Shown in pieces: positions 21,301 to 32,951 of a DNA stretch of 64,000 nt (position 1 is the first letter of the stretch; each line of letters begins with the position of its first letter). Location: the NCBI GenBank assembly GCA_904063045.1, contig CAJFCJ010000010.1, positions 1,612,001 to 1,676,000 on the forward strand. Reading direction: 5' to 3'. Both the position numbers and the translations under genes were made by a program. The DNA comes from Dimorphilus gyrociliatus (taxonomy: Eukaryota > Animalia > Annelida). The notes under the pieces are model-generated. The model was given only the letters and a program-made list of their open reading frames with translations, made no database searches and was not told where the DNA came from.

Positions 21301-22591
21301 AAAATATAGATGTCACCAGTAATATATCGTATATATACAGTATATATATCTATATATATATATATATAGAAAATGTCAAATAGAGAGTTAGTAACTAATA
21401 TACAAAGCAATTTCTTCATCCTATACATTTAACATGAAAAGAAAAATATGAATATGATGAATAATAATAATAATAATAAAAAATTTGAATAGCGAAAAGA
21501 GATACTCGTTTGAAAATGAAAATTTTTACTGGATAGCTCTCTCTAGTAGGAGAAAGAGAGATAGAGGGAGAGAGAGCGAGAGAAAGGGGATAGATAGATA
21601 GATAGATTTTTTTTGTCTACGTTGCCTCATTTAAAAGAAAAAGAAAATTAAAATTGATATATGATTAATACCATTAATAGGTCAATAGATTAACGTTATT
21701 TAAATGATATTTTAGATACTGTATATTTAATTAGAGACTCTGTAGTAAAGTTGAATAGGATAAGCATAAAAAAAGTATAATATTAAACATTTCAATTTCA
21801 TATATGAGTAAGGGCGTTAACTGTTAAAAGTTCCGTTCTTTTTTACAATAAATAAATGAATATAATTATATATATTTGTTGGAAAATTTATCTATATCTG
21901 TATAGGTTTAACGCTAAATCTTGAATAAATAAAAGAACATGAAGTTAAACAATGGAAGAATCTTTTTCGTGTTTTTACAAAGGTTATTAGTATTAGAACT
22001 GGACCGATGAGAAAAAGAATATTTCTTACCTGCTGAGTATAATTATACACTTTCAAAGAAGACTGCAATTCGTTCAAGCATTTAAGAATTTGTTCGTGGG
22101 CTTTTGCGCCCATCTCTCTGCACCTTTTCTGCAAACTTTGAACGTCATTTTCTAAGTCGGCTAACCGATTACTAATGTTATTCGAGTAAATCCCATATAA
22201 CTTTGAATGGAATCTATACTGTTTTTCTACAGATTTTACAACTGATTCCCAACAATCCCATGGTGCTAAATATCTCCAAAAATCTTTAGTTCTCTCATCT
22301 TTTCTGGGTTTATATGAGCGATGCAGACGATCCAATTGTCTAGCATATTCCAATTCTATATCCGCTCTTCTTCTATAGAACTCTTGTAATTCACTGAGTA
22401 GTTGAATTTGATATTCCAATCTTTGATCGAGACATTTTAGTTGATCTCCTAATTGCTGTTTGATTTCTAGTTGAGAAATAAACAATGGAATTAGTCAAGA
22501 CTTGTAAGGTGTGGACATTTTTACCTTTTATCCTCGACTCTGCTTCCGATTCAATCTCTTTCGTCTTCTTTACTCTTTTAACATCCGACAT
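18367..22591 (-). CDS. SRGAP: SLIT-ROBO Rho GTPase-activating protein (F-BAR + RhoGAP + SH3), 5 exons, ~904 aa
   Basis: Exons 22591-22525, 22466-22030, 21243-20944, 20448-19235, 19063-18367 are phase-compatible (2715 nt). F-BAR (EIKQQLGDQLKCLDQ...ARNEYMLC), RhoGAP (GIFRVPG arginine finger, VAGVLKLYIREL, NMMDPSNLAICLGPTL), SH3 (ALYDF...WWRG...GLIPANYI). Confidence 0.93.
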
Positions 22592-23044
22592 AATTAATAA
22601 ACGGCGTTAAACGCCAGTAGGATCGCTGAAAAATGGCATATTTTGTGAGGGATAAAATTGGTAAAGCACCAAACCGGAAGTAGATGGCGTTAGTGAGAAG
22701 GAGTCACGGGGAACGCGGGAAAATTTTAAATCAAGTTTTATTCTATTTATAATAAGTTATTCGCAATCTACTTAAGTATTATTTAAATGAAAGTTAACTG
22801 TGTTAAACTACTGTTTTAGTTGAAAACTATTCTTATTAAGGCATGAGTAATATAATTAGAGAAAATAGTAAATATATAAATATATGTTGTATGTATGTAT
22901 GTATGTTTATATACTGTATATATGTATCGTATATTGTTCAAGAAACTTTAACAAAAAATAAAGATAAAAACAAAGAAAAACTATGAAAACTATGTATTTA
23001 ACTATCTAAAAATACCGATAGCATTTTTCATCACTAAAAAAATT

Positions 23045-23317
23045 TTACACAATACTCTGGACAGAACTCATAGAAACGTGATGAGCTTGAACCGGCGTTA
23101 ATCGAGGCGTTGAAACAGGAGTTTGAACTTCCGCTACGCTTTGGATGTTGATGTAGCGAGCCGTTTCATCAGGCGTTAACATCTATTTTTAAAGGAAACA
23201 GGAAATAATTTAATTAACATAAATGAATAGAAAATAAGAATAGATTTTTTTTCTTTTTCTTTTTTAAGTTCTTCCCGAAAAAATGTAAATTTAGAAAGAG
23301 ATAATTATGAAATAAAT

Positions 23318-23356
<39 letters not shown>

Positions 23357-25317
23357 TATATACACAACTACATGTATGTTTAATATATTCATTATTCATT
23401 AGTTATACATGTAGATATGTATAGTCAATAGATAAAACATATTTCTAATTTCAACCTTATAATTTTCATTTAGAAACAAATCAAAATAGATTTAATTGTT
23501 TAGATTATAATAAAAGACAAAGAGACATGATACTGATGAGCCCAGAGTTACCTGATAGTACCGAATATAAATGGTACACCTAGTGAACTCCATAACCGTG
23601 CCACAGGTGAGAGCAAACAACTTTTTTTTTTTCAAGTTTAATAACGATGCCATACCTCTTTTATTAATGACCAAAATGTGGCTATTTTCCACTTTCTCAA
23701 TAGGATGGAACCCTTAAAAATTTTGTACTAATGGGATCTATGACCTCTTGTTTTTATATCTTTAGAATAATTTTACAATTTTTACACAAATATCAGATCT
23801 GATTGTACACGATACGAAAAAAAAATTACCTATTTATATATTACTAAAGCTTTACTAATAGTATACATTACAATAAACGATCTAAAACAATAAAAAAGAG
23901 AGTAATAGTAAACTCTACTAAAACTAGGCTGAATGAGAATTCTTGTTTTCTTTTTTTTTTCTGCTCGTGAGTATAATTTACGTAATAGAATTGATACGTA
24001 CCGGTGGTGTATCATCAACACATTGAACATAGCCAGGAAAACCTCGTTTTGGACTTGGTTCTATTAAAATAAATTAAAAAAAATAAACAAACAGGTAAAT
24101 TAAAAATTGAGGCGTAGTGAAGTTTCTTTTTCCTATTATTCTCCTTATATTTGTTTATATATAAATATATATATATATATATGATATTTTATTTTGGTAT
24201 ATGAAAACAAATCTTTCATTTTATAAATGTCAAACCTTTAATGTCATATAACTGAGACATTTTATTGCGACTAGAGGTTGCACCAAATGGTCCAGTTTGA
24301 TCTGTATTATCGTATGAACTGTTTACGATTCCTGATGAAAGAAAAGATTTGGTATAAATGTTAGGGATAAATAATAGAAACAAGACTTTAAAATCACTTG
24401 TATAAGTTATATTATTCGATTATTAGGCCTAGTTAGCCGTATAAATTTTTATTTATACACTTTTATCTTATATATCTTTACACTGATTTTATTGTTTACC
24501 TTCATTACTGCCATTCATTTTAACTTCCGTTCGGTTTGAACCTCCCTCCCCACTTCCGAATTCTGTTACTTGAATATTAGATTTCATCATACTTTTATCT
24601 CTGTGTCTATAGACAAAAAGAGATGCTGCCGTACAAATACCAGCAAATAATAGTACGGCGCACGTAATAGCAGCTGTCTGGCCGGAAGAGAGGCCACTTT
24701 TAGACTCTCTCTTCTCTTCGAAATTTCTCCATGAAATAGTTCCCAACATTACTTTCTCAATTAGTATTTTTTTGTTCTTTCTTACATGGACAATTAGTAA
24801 TTTTCCTTCTTCCATCGACACTAAAGTTTTTAGGTCGCCATCTGTATTAATTCGATATTGGCCTTGAAGTTTTAAATCTTCCAGTCTATAAACAATTATA
24901 TATTTATTACCTATATATTTATTACATATAAACGAAAAAGCTATAAAAAACCCCCCCATCAAATTATATAAATAGACTTACCCAATTTTTAGGAAAGTAT
25001 TCGCACGATAAACGTATAAATAGGCTCCTTCGTTGAACAAGGCACTGATTTCGTCAATATTACCATTACCATCGTCATCATCATCAGTATCAGGGAAATT
25101 TAGATTACTAACAATATTTAAGTTATTATCCCATATAGAACCATCGGAGAAGATGAGATAATTCATTGTTCGAACAAGCCAAGATTTTTTATGAGATATA
25201 GATTTTTGACTATTTGATAATTCATTATCGGTTATTAATTCCATATTGCAATTACGTTTAATTTGAATTTTGCTCATAATTGATTTCTCCACTATCGATA
25301 TAACGTTGCTTTGATGA
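23045..25317 (-). CDS. Uncharacterised single-pass (type I) membrane protein; 5' end unresolved
   Basis: Exons 25317-24982, 24885-24500, 24331-24236, 24060-24002, 23182-23045 are phase-compatible with GT-AG ends. TM segment TAAITCAVLLFAGICTAASLFVY followed by RHRDK. The tail contains NSSY, LYDI and YINI and ends QSIV*. No family recognised. Confidence 0.6.
23321..23353. repeat. (AT)n microsatellite followed by CAGTATA
   Basis: Direct reading; intronic. Confidence 0.9.
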
Positions 25318-25551
25318 CTAATTAATTAAATATTTGTTAGGCATAGATTAAAATGTAATTCACAGATATTATTTTAGATTAGCGCCATCTATTAGCTAAT
25401 TGAAATAGAAATATATACGGTATACCGTAATATTGTATACTTTAATAAGGTATTAGTATTTCAATGATCGATCAGGTTGGTTAGATAAATTAAAAGAATA
25501 AAAATGGAATAAAGATGAATAAGAGGTATGTTAATTAAAAATCTCATTATA

Positions 25552-26133
25552 TTAAAATCTATGCCTAAACGATGAAGATAGACGTAAATATTGATAATCT
25601 GGGCTATTTGTGGTTGTTTGTACACATTTCCAACAAGTCGTACTCTGCCTGGTATTGGACGAATTAAAGCACTCAACAGTAGGCTTAAATCGTCCTAAAC
25701 TATCCTTAAAATAGAATTGAATTAAGAATATATCGTTGTTGAATACGTAAACTGGAATATTTGACCAATTAAAATTTAAGGCATTCTCATTTCTTGTAAA
25801 CGTAAACATCTTCGTATTTTGTTGATTCGATCTTTCGTTTATATAAATTGTTTTATATTCATTTTCGTTTGGTAAACAATTTATTGTTATCCATTTACAA
25901 TCTTTATCAATGTTAACTTGAATAATTGAGCAGTTATATTTACCAATTAAATTCTTTTGTTCCCTTAAATTTGTATCATATTTCGCAAAATTCTGTGAAT
26001 TTGTCTCCCAACCGTAAATTTTCGAAGAGCATATCTGGATATTCTCATAATTAAAATCGATGCTCCATTCTTCAGCAGAATTACGCAATATTAAGAAGGT
26101 ATAGGCGTATAAAAAGAAAAATAAAACCGCCAT
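25552..26133 (-). CDS. Possible signal-peptide-bearing 5' exon(s) of the orphan membrane protein, or a separate small secreted protein
   Basis: 193-aa ORF with a hydrophobic N-terminus (MAVLFFFLYAYTFLIL), several Cys and N-x-S/T sequons. I could not find a convincing phase-2 donor linking it to the exon starting at 25317. Confidence 0.35.
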   Translation of the reverse strand: MAVLFFFLYAYTFLILRNSAEEWSIDFNYENIQICSSKIYGWETNSQNFAKYDTNLREQKNLIGKYNCSIIQVNIDKDCKWITINCLPNENEYKTIYINERSNQQNTKMFTFTRNENALNFNWSNIPVYVFNNDIFLIQFYFKDSLGRFKPTVECFNSSNTRQSTTCWKCVQTTTNSPDYQYLRLSSSFRHRF

Positions 26134-28218
26134 TGTTCATATTGGTACTCCTCTGTTCACGTACATGTCTCACCTTGATTTGCAAGGTATCCTGTTCCAA
26201 CCCGTTATTTTATTGATGCTGTTGCGTGTTTAGGTAAGGTGTACGCGGGGGTAATGTATGGTTAATGTTCCTCGTAGCGAATATCGACGAATACATGTAA
26301 AAGCAAATGAGGGAACCGCTTTAATAATTCCAAAAATCATATGTAACTTATTGACTAAGTTCAATTTACCATGGTTACAACCCAGTGAAAAACAATATGA
26401 ATGTATTGATTACTTTTCATTGTATTTATAGAAATTAATTTGGTAATTAAAAGGAAAAAAAAACTAAGAGGATTAAAGTAGATTCCTCCATTAATCAAAC
26501 AAAGAGACAAACAAACCTTAAACTTTTCATAGAGATTTTTTTATGTTTGTCTATTAAATAAAAAAAATATATAGTCAATATTCAAATTTTTTTCTTTTTA
26601 ATTTATTCAACGTCTGAAAAGAATGTTTAGAAATAAGAGATAATGATTGATAAATGAAAAGAAAAGTATTAGTGATTTAACTAATATAACCTCGTTTACC
26701 CTATTCAATGGATAATATATATTTAAAGATTTTTAGAGGAGGGAACAAAATGATTTTTCAATTTACTATTCAATTTAATATAATTATTGAGGAAGAATGA
26801 AGAAGGAAAAACAGCAGGAGAGAATTGATTTCTTCAGTTTTTCATTTATAGTAAAAATAGCAGAAATAATTTGTTTAAAAGCATTTTTTTGAAAAAGAAT
26901 ATGTAGACTTTACATATACTTTATATTTCTAATGTATAAAAATGTTTTTTGTTCAAATCTATAACAAATCTTAACCAATCATTGTAGTACCCTTGTACTC
27001 TGTTGTTGCTGATGACTGCCACAGCTGTCATCTACAGAATCAAATTTAAATGACTGTTGTCAACTAAGGCCTATTTGTTTTCATTAATTAAGTACTATTT
27101 GACTGGAAAAATCTTTTTATTCCACTACTTTCATTCGCTTTGTGTAGAGCGTTAAATGTTCTTACAAAACTTTTAAATAGCTTAAAATTCAATAGTGCCA
27201 TCTCGTAGTAGAACTTTAACACGATTCCTATAAACTGTATTTATATTTATTAATTATATAGATTGTTGTTTTAAATAAACTAAATTCATCAGAAGGAGAC
27301 GATGTCAAAGGCGTCCATCTTTACAAAAGCAACTTGAATTTTATATACTCTATAAAATAAAGTATAGAAGAGATAAAGTATTTAAAAGATTGGCCTGCCC
27401 TAGAATCTTCGCCTCCTTTCCATTAAAAATCTATGGGTCTTACTGGCAATAAATCTATAGAATAGACTATAAATTTTCAATTATAATAATCAAAGAGAAA
27501 TAAAATGATAGAAAGATTGAAAGAAAATAATCTAAATATAACTAAAAGTTTCATTTCAAAGTATTTTAAATCAATCAAATTTCATACTTTATATTAATTT
27601 AAGAGACACACAGAGAGGGAGAGAGATCAACTACGACTCAAGACACGTATCTTTATGCTGTAAATGTTGTTCTATTGTCGTTTTATATAATAATTATATC
27701 CATCGTAGTACTCTAAAGTAGAGGTAATAAAATACATTAATTCATAGAGTTTAATTAAAGATAAAAAGAATATATGAAGGAATATTGATTGTTTGAAACA
27801 GATGGAATATGCTGATCAGTTGATAGTGAAGATATAATACTTGTATCAATATTTTTGTATTTTATTATCGAAAATGTAAAACTTTTCACATCTTTGGAAG
27901 AAAACTAATGTAGATAGATTAAGATTTCTTTCATTTGGGAAGAAGAGTGCATAAAAAACAAGAACATAACACAACTCCTATTCATTGTCCCTCTCCAATT
28001 CCTCAAAGTGACATCTGCTTTATAATAAATAGAAATATCTTTTAAGTATTTAAAAACTGTTGCCAGGACGAAATTAGAAATAGAGAACAAGTATAGCAAT
28101 AATGGATTAACTCGGAAGAAGTTTTGCATAAATGTTAACTAAAATAGGGAAGAGAAAGAGTGAAAATATGAAAGAGATAGCGTTCGTTTCTTCTTTATCT
28201 TCCTTTATTAAGAGTTGA

Positions 28219-30121
28219 TTATAGAGAAAATGCTTTTTCATAAATTTCTCCACTATTCTTTAAAGACCTGTTGATAATGATTATTAAAAAGTATTTTGAA
28301 TATAAATTTCAATCTGACAAACAACATATTTTAATAATTACCTAAATATGTCGGCAATTGCAGTTTCCAACGATTTTACAGTATATGGTAGATTATGCTT
28401 TCTAAATAATGACTTTACAAGTGGTGCAATCCTGTATATAAATTTTATAGTTTAAATGTTGTTATCATTCTCTGGACATTGTTTAATTAATTAGATTTTT
28501 AATTGGCGTATAACAATTGACTATTTCAGAGTGTTATGCAATTCGTAATTGATTAATGTAATATCCTACATACTTTGCATAGTTATGTCGAGGCATTGTA
28601 GGAAACAGATGATGCTCAATTTGATAATTTAAATGACCAGACCACCAATCATTAAAATAACCAGGTTCAACGTTACAAGTTGCATAAGCCTATATAAAGG
28701 GATATATTTACTTGTACGTAGAGGGTTTAAATAGTTTTTAAATTATACCTGGGCGGTAACCCAATCTATTTGTTTATCAGTTGATTTTTCGTAACTTATT
28801 TTCATGGGTAAATGACTCATTTGGGTAGCAAAAACAAACCAATGAGATTCGAAAAATCTAACAAATAGATAGAAATATAAAGCAGATTTAACTCCGTCAA
28901 GTAAAGGTGCAAATATTAGAATCCATCTGACAAAGAAAGTCATACAAATGGCGAATTCCTATTTAAAAGACAAGTTTTATTACAATTAATATATTAATAT
29001 TTAATTTATTAACTTACTTTGAAGTATTTACGCTTTAGAACAAAGTATATATTTTCAAAGTGAAAATATCCTGGCAACAAGAAACAAGGGCCAACTGAAA
29101 GAAGAATAAAAATAAAGAATATATTAATATTAATTAATCGAAAAATATTTAAATTACTAATTAAAATATTAGTTAGTACTTACGTAAATAGAAGTAAATA
29201 TGCTGCCATTTATATGGCATTATACCTTTCTTCATTTTACCCCAATGCTCGGCTATTAAGTCTCCAATAAGTATTATAATTGGAAACGTAACATCGGGAT
29301 CTTTCTTATAAACATTCACTTTTACATGATGTTGATGATGCCTAAAATTCCACCATTTAGATGAAGCTCCCTTAATGTGCATTTGAGCTATATTTTGAGC
29401 AATGTGATTAAATTTTGTTGATTTAAAAACACTTAGATGACCGTAATCGTGCATAGTCCAACCAGCTTGAGCCTGAAATTGTTAAAGATTTATTATTATA
29501 ACAATAATAATAATAATGCAAAATTGATAATATTATTTCCAAATTACTTGTGATATTGTTAAAAGTAATGTTGCCATCATATAACTTGTCCATTCATTAC
29601 CGAAATAGAATAGTACTAATGCTCCTAATATTTCAAATAAGATTACTTGTAAAAAGTGTAAAGTATAGAAAAGGTAATTGGGATTAAATAGTTTATTTTC
29701 AATGACAAATTCTTCTAATTGTTTAAAATCTTTCAGTACATTTTGCTGACAAAGGAAAAATGTTTTAAATATATAATATAAAGATAAATAGGTATACATA
29801 CCTGTTCAATTGTATAGTTTGAACCCTTTACTTTGCCAATTTCGTATTTTTTCATATAATTCTTTATTTCTTTATGATTTATATGACTATTTTTCCAAGC
29901 AAACTTTCGATAAGAGAATTTATTAGTACGTTTTAATAGAATCATTCTTCTTTTTTACCTACCGTTGCATCTTGACCAGCGTAGTGTCCTAGGATTCTCC
30001 TTCCACCGGGATGGGAATATTGCCATTCTGTGACGTCATAGACGTTTTCCTCTATAACTATCCACCTACTCTCCTCAGTCCTATGGTTTTTTATGTCATC
30101 CCATGTATAGAAATCGGACAT
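28219..30121 (-). CDS. FADS: Front-end fatty acyl desaturase (FADS1/2-like) with cytochrome b5 domain, 9 exons
   Basis: Exons 30121-29963, 29903-29802, 29745-29548, 29472-29184, 29094-29018, 28958-28749, 28689-28574, 28431-28342, 28267-28219 join in frame. HPGG heme motif; His boxes HDYGH, HHQHH, QIEHH; [24 protein letters not shown]. Confidence 0.93.
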
Positions 30122-30668
30122 GTTGATTTTCAATTAAGGTAATGTAGAAGGCTAATCGATTCGGTTGGTGTGTTTGTTTATTTGGAAATAGGGAAGAATA
30201 GGGTAAAAAAAATCGATTTGTTAAGGGATGGCTAGCGCCCTCTCTCGAACTGAGAATATAAAAAGAAGAAATAAAGGATTAAGCCTATCTATTATCAATA
30301 AATTACACACTGTATACATAAAATGCGTGTTTTAAAGTTCCTTAATCACACTTAAGTAGTGAATAATTCTATTATGATCTTGGATTAGAACTAGGTCATT
30401 ATATTAGATTTAGCTTACAATAATAACTATGGAACAAATTTTGTATTCAAACAAATCATTTAAAATTGAATAATATCAAATTGAAACAAAGAAACTAAGA
30501 GAGAAAAAAAAACTCGTAAGCATATTATATTAAAATATTACACGCTTGTGAAATAACAGCTTTAAAACGGTTAAAAGTACAAATTTATCAAATGTTATAA
30601 ATTGGGAAAGGAATTGAAAAGGTCATTTTTTTTTTGTTTCGTCATTTTAGAAAAAACAAAAAAAAAAT

Positions 30669-32343
30669 ATGAAATTCGTTCTAATTTCAAGTTTTATTGT
30701 TTGTCGTTAGTTTATTTATTCATTTATTAATTAATTTCAATTTGAGGTGTTTTCTTTTATTATTCTATTCTATTTTAATAGTTGTGATTGCTGAAAACTT
30801 CGAACAATCTTGGCGTTATGTTGATGTTCGTCCTGGTGTGCATATGTTCTATTGGCTATTTAAAACCTCTCATGCCGATGGACCTACACAGAGACCTTTG
30901 GTTATGTGGTTACAGGGTGGACCTGGAGGATCGTCAACTGGATACGGAAATTTTGAGATAATTGGACCGTACAATATCGACAAAGAGTATAGAAATTCTA
31001 CTTGGGCACAGGAAGCTAACATTCTCTTCGTGGATAATCCCGTTGGTGCCGGTTTCAGGTAATAGGGGAAAATAACTTCAACACACATTTATTTATTTAT
31101 TATTCTTTACAGCTACGTCGACGATTTAAATGATTTAACAACAACGACTGAAGAAATATCGCAAGATTTATTTGTTCTTTTTAAATCATTCTTGGATAGT
31201 CATCCAGAATTTAAGACTGTTCCTTTTTACATCTTTGGCCAAAGTTACGGTGGTAAAATGGCGGCAAACTATGCCAGAAAATTGCATACTGTATGTAATT
31301 CTATTCTGATAGTATCTTATTATAATTATGATTATTGCTCTTGAATTGCTCTAAAGGAAATTCAAGCTGGTAATTTGGAATGTAATCTTGGAGGATTTGC
31401 TATGGGAAATGCTTGGACTCATCCACTCGATTCAACTCTTACTTGGGCAAACTTTTTGTTTGAAATGAGTACCGTTGATGAGACTGGTAGAGACGAAATT
31501 CAAAGGGTTGCTGAACAGGTAAAAAATTTGTTACAATCTCTCCAAATCTTTCTCTTATATTTCCTTTCAAATTTGTTTGTTAGAGTGAACAAGCTGCTTT
31601 ACAAGGTAGATGGCGCGAAAGTACGCAATTTTGGAGAGCTACCCAAAGGGCTGTTAATGAACATACAAATTATGTTGATTTCTATAACATTTTAAAATTT
31701 AGAGTATTCAGTCAAAATGAAAAAAAACCAACTGGAGTTAGTTTGGGTAAGGAAAACAATTTTCCCTTGTTTTGCTTGCTTAATAAATTCATTGTTATAT
31801 TGTTAAGACGATACTTTGAGCATCATCAATGCCAAGCAAGATCCCAGATTACCCCTCTTCATGAATACTGAAGTTAGAGAGTATTTAGGAGTTATTCCCG
31901 ATAACGTCCTTTGGGGAGGTCAACAAGGACCAGTATTTGCTGCTCAGGAAGAAGCTTTCATGAAAGATGTCTTAGACGATGGTAAAAGCTAATGCTACTG
32001 TTGAAATTATAACTTTCTACATGTTCTTTTTGCAGTTGACTATTGTTTAAATAAAACGGACATGGACGTAATTGTTTATCAAGGTCAATTAGATTTAATT
32101 TGTGATACAACTGGATCTATGTTGTGGGTTCAAAAGTTGAAATGGGAGAATATGCCTAACTATTTCTCTGCTGATCGCGTAGCACTTACCACTCCTGAAA
32201 ATGGTCAAACAGAAATGTTTGTTAAAGCCCATGAGCAGTTTAAATTCTATTGGGTTCTCAGAGCAGGCCATGCAGTACCAAAAGATCAAGGAGATAGCGC
32301 TCTTAGAATGTTACAAAGAATCATTAGAAAAGACGATAATTAG
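30669..32343 (+). CDS. SCPEP1: Retinoid-inducible serine carboxypeptidase-like (peptidase S10), 7 exons
   Basis: Signal peptide MKFVLISSFIVCLVIA; PLVMWLQGGPGGSSTGYGNFEIIGP, LFVDNPVGAGFSY, GQSYGG (Ser), GQLDLIC (Asp), LRAGHAVP (His). Exons begin 30669-30705, 30782-31058, 31113-31290 and continue to the stop at 32343. Confidence 0.9.
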
Positions 32344-32951
32344 GAAACAAACGGATAGATTTATCAATGAAAAGTAAATTGTATAAATAACTTGAAATTC
32401 ATTCAAAATACGAATAAAATGCATAAACGTAGATTATTTAATCTCTATATATCTTTGATTTCAAACTCCGTAACAAACAATGAATATCTTCTTTATTTCA
32501 AATTCATTTAAATAAACAAAAAAAGTCATTTGCATAATAAAAAAAAGCTTAATTAGGTTTTGTTACGTTACAGTTATTACTCTCTAATTATTATCTTTTT
32601 AAAAAAGTATTACATAGTAACCTAGTATTTCACATCAAACTTGAAGTAAATACATTGCAAAGTCTTATTAATGTTCCTTTCTATTGCGTTATCGAAAAAG
32701 TTTATTATATTAATGAATGAGAGACTCAGTTGAAAGTAAATTCAATCTAAAATAAACTAGGTTGATAGAAAGAATAAAAGAATAAACGCATGAACAAATA
32801 AGATAAAATTCCGTGAAACAACGGCTGTGCATTAAAATGTATATTTATAAAAAATTAAAAAGAGATAAACTATGACAAAGAAAAACTATATAAAAAGACA
32901 AATTTCTTAATCAACTATTCTTTAAATTATTATCTATAAGATTTCCTAAAA

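Noticed and set aside
23553-23621. Possible extra in-frame exon (LFALTCGT...RYYQ) of the orphan receptor
   Set aside because: The acceptor is preceded by a poly-A run instead of a pyrimidine tract; it is not needed for frame.
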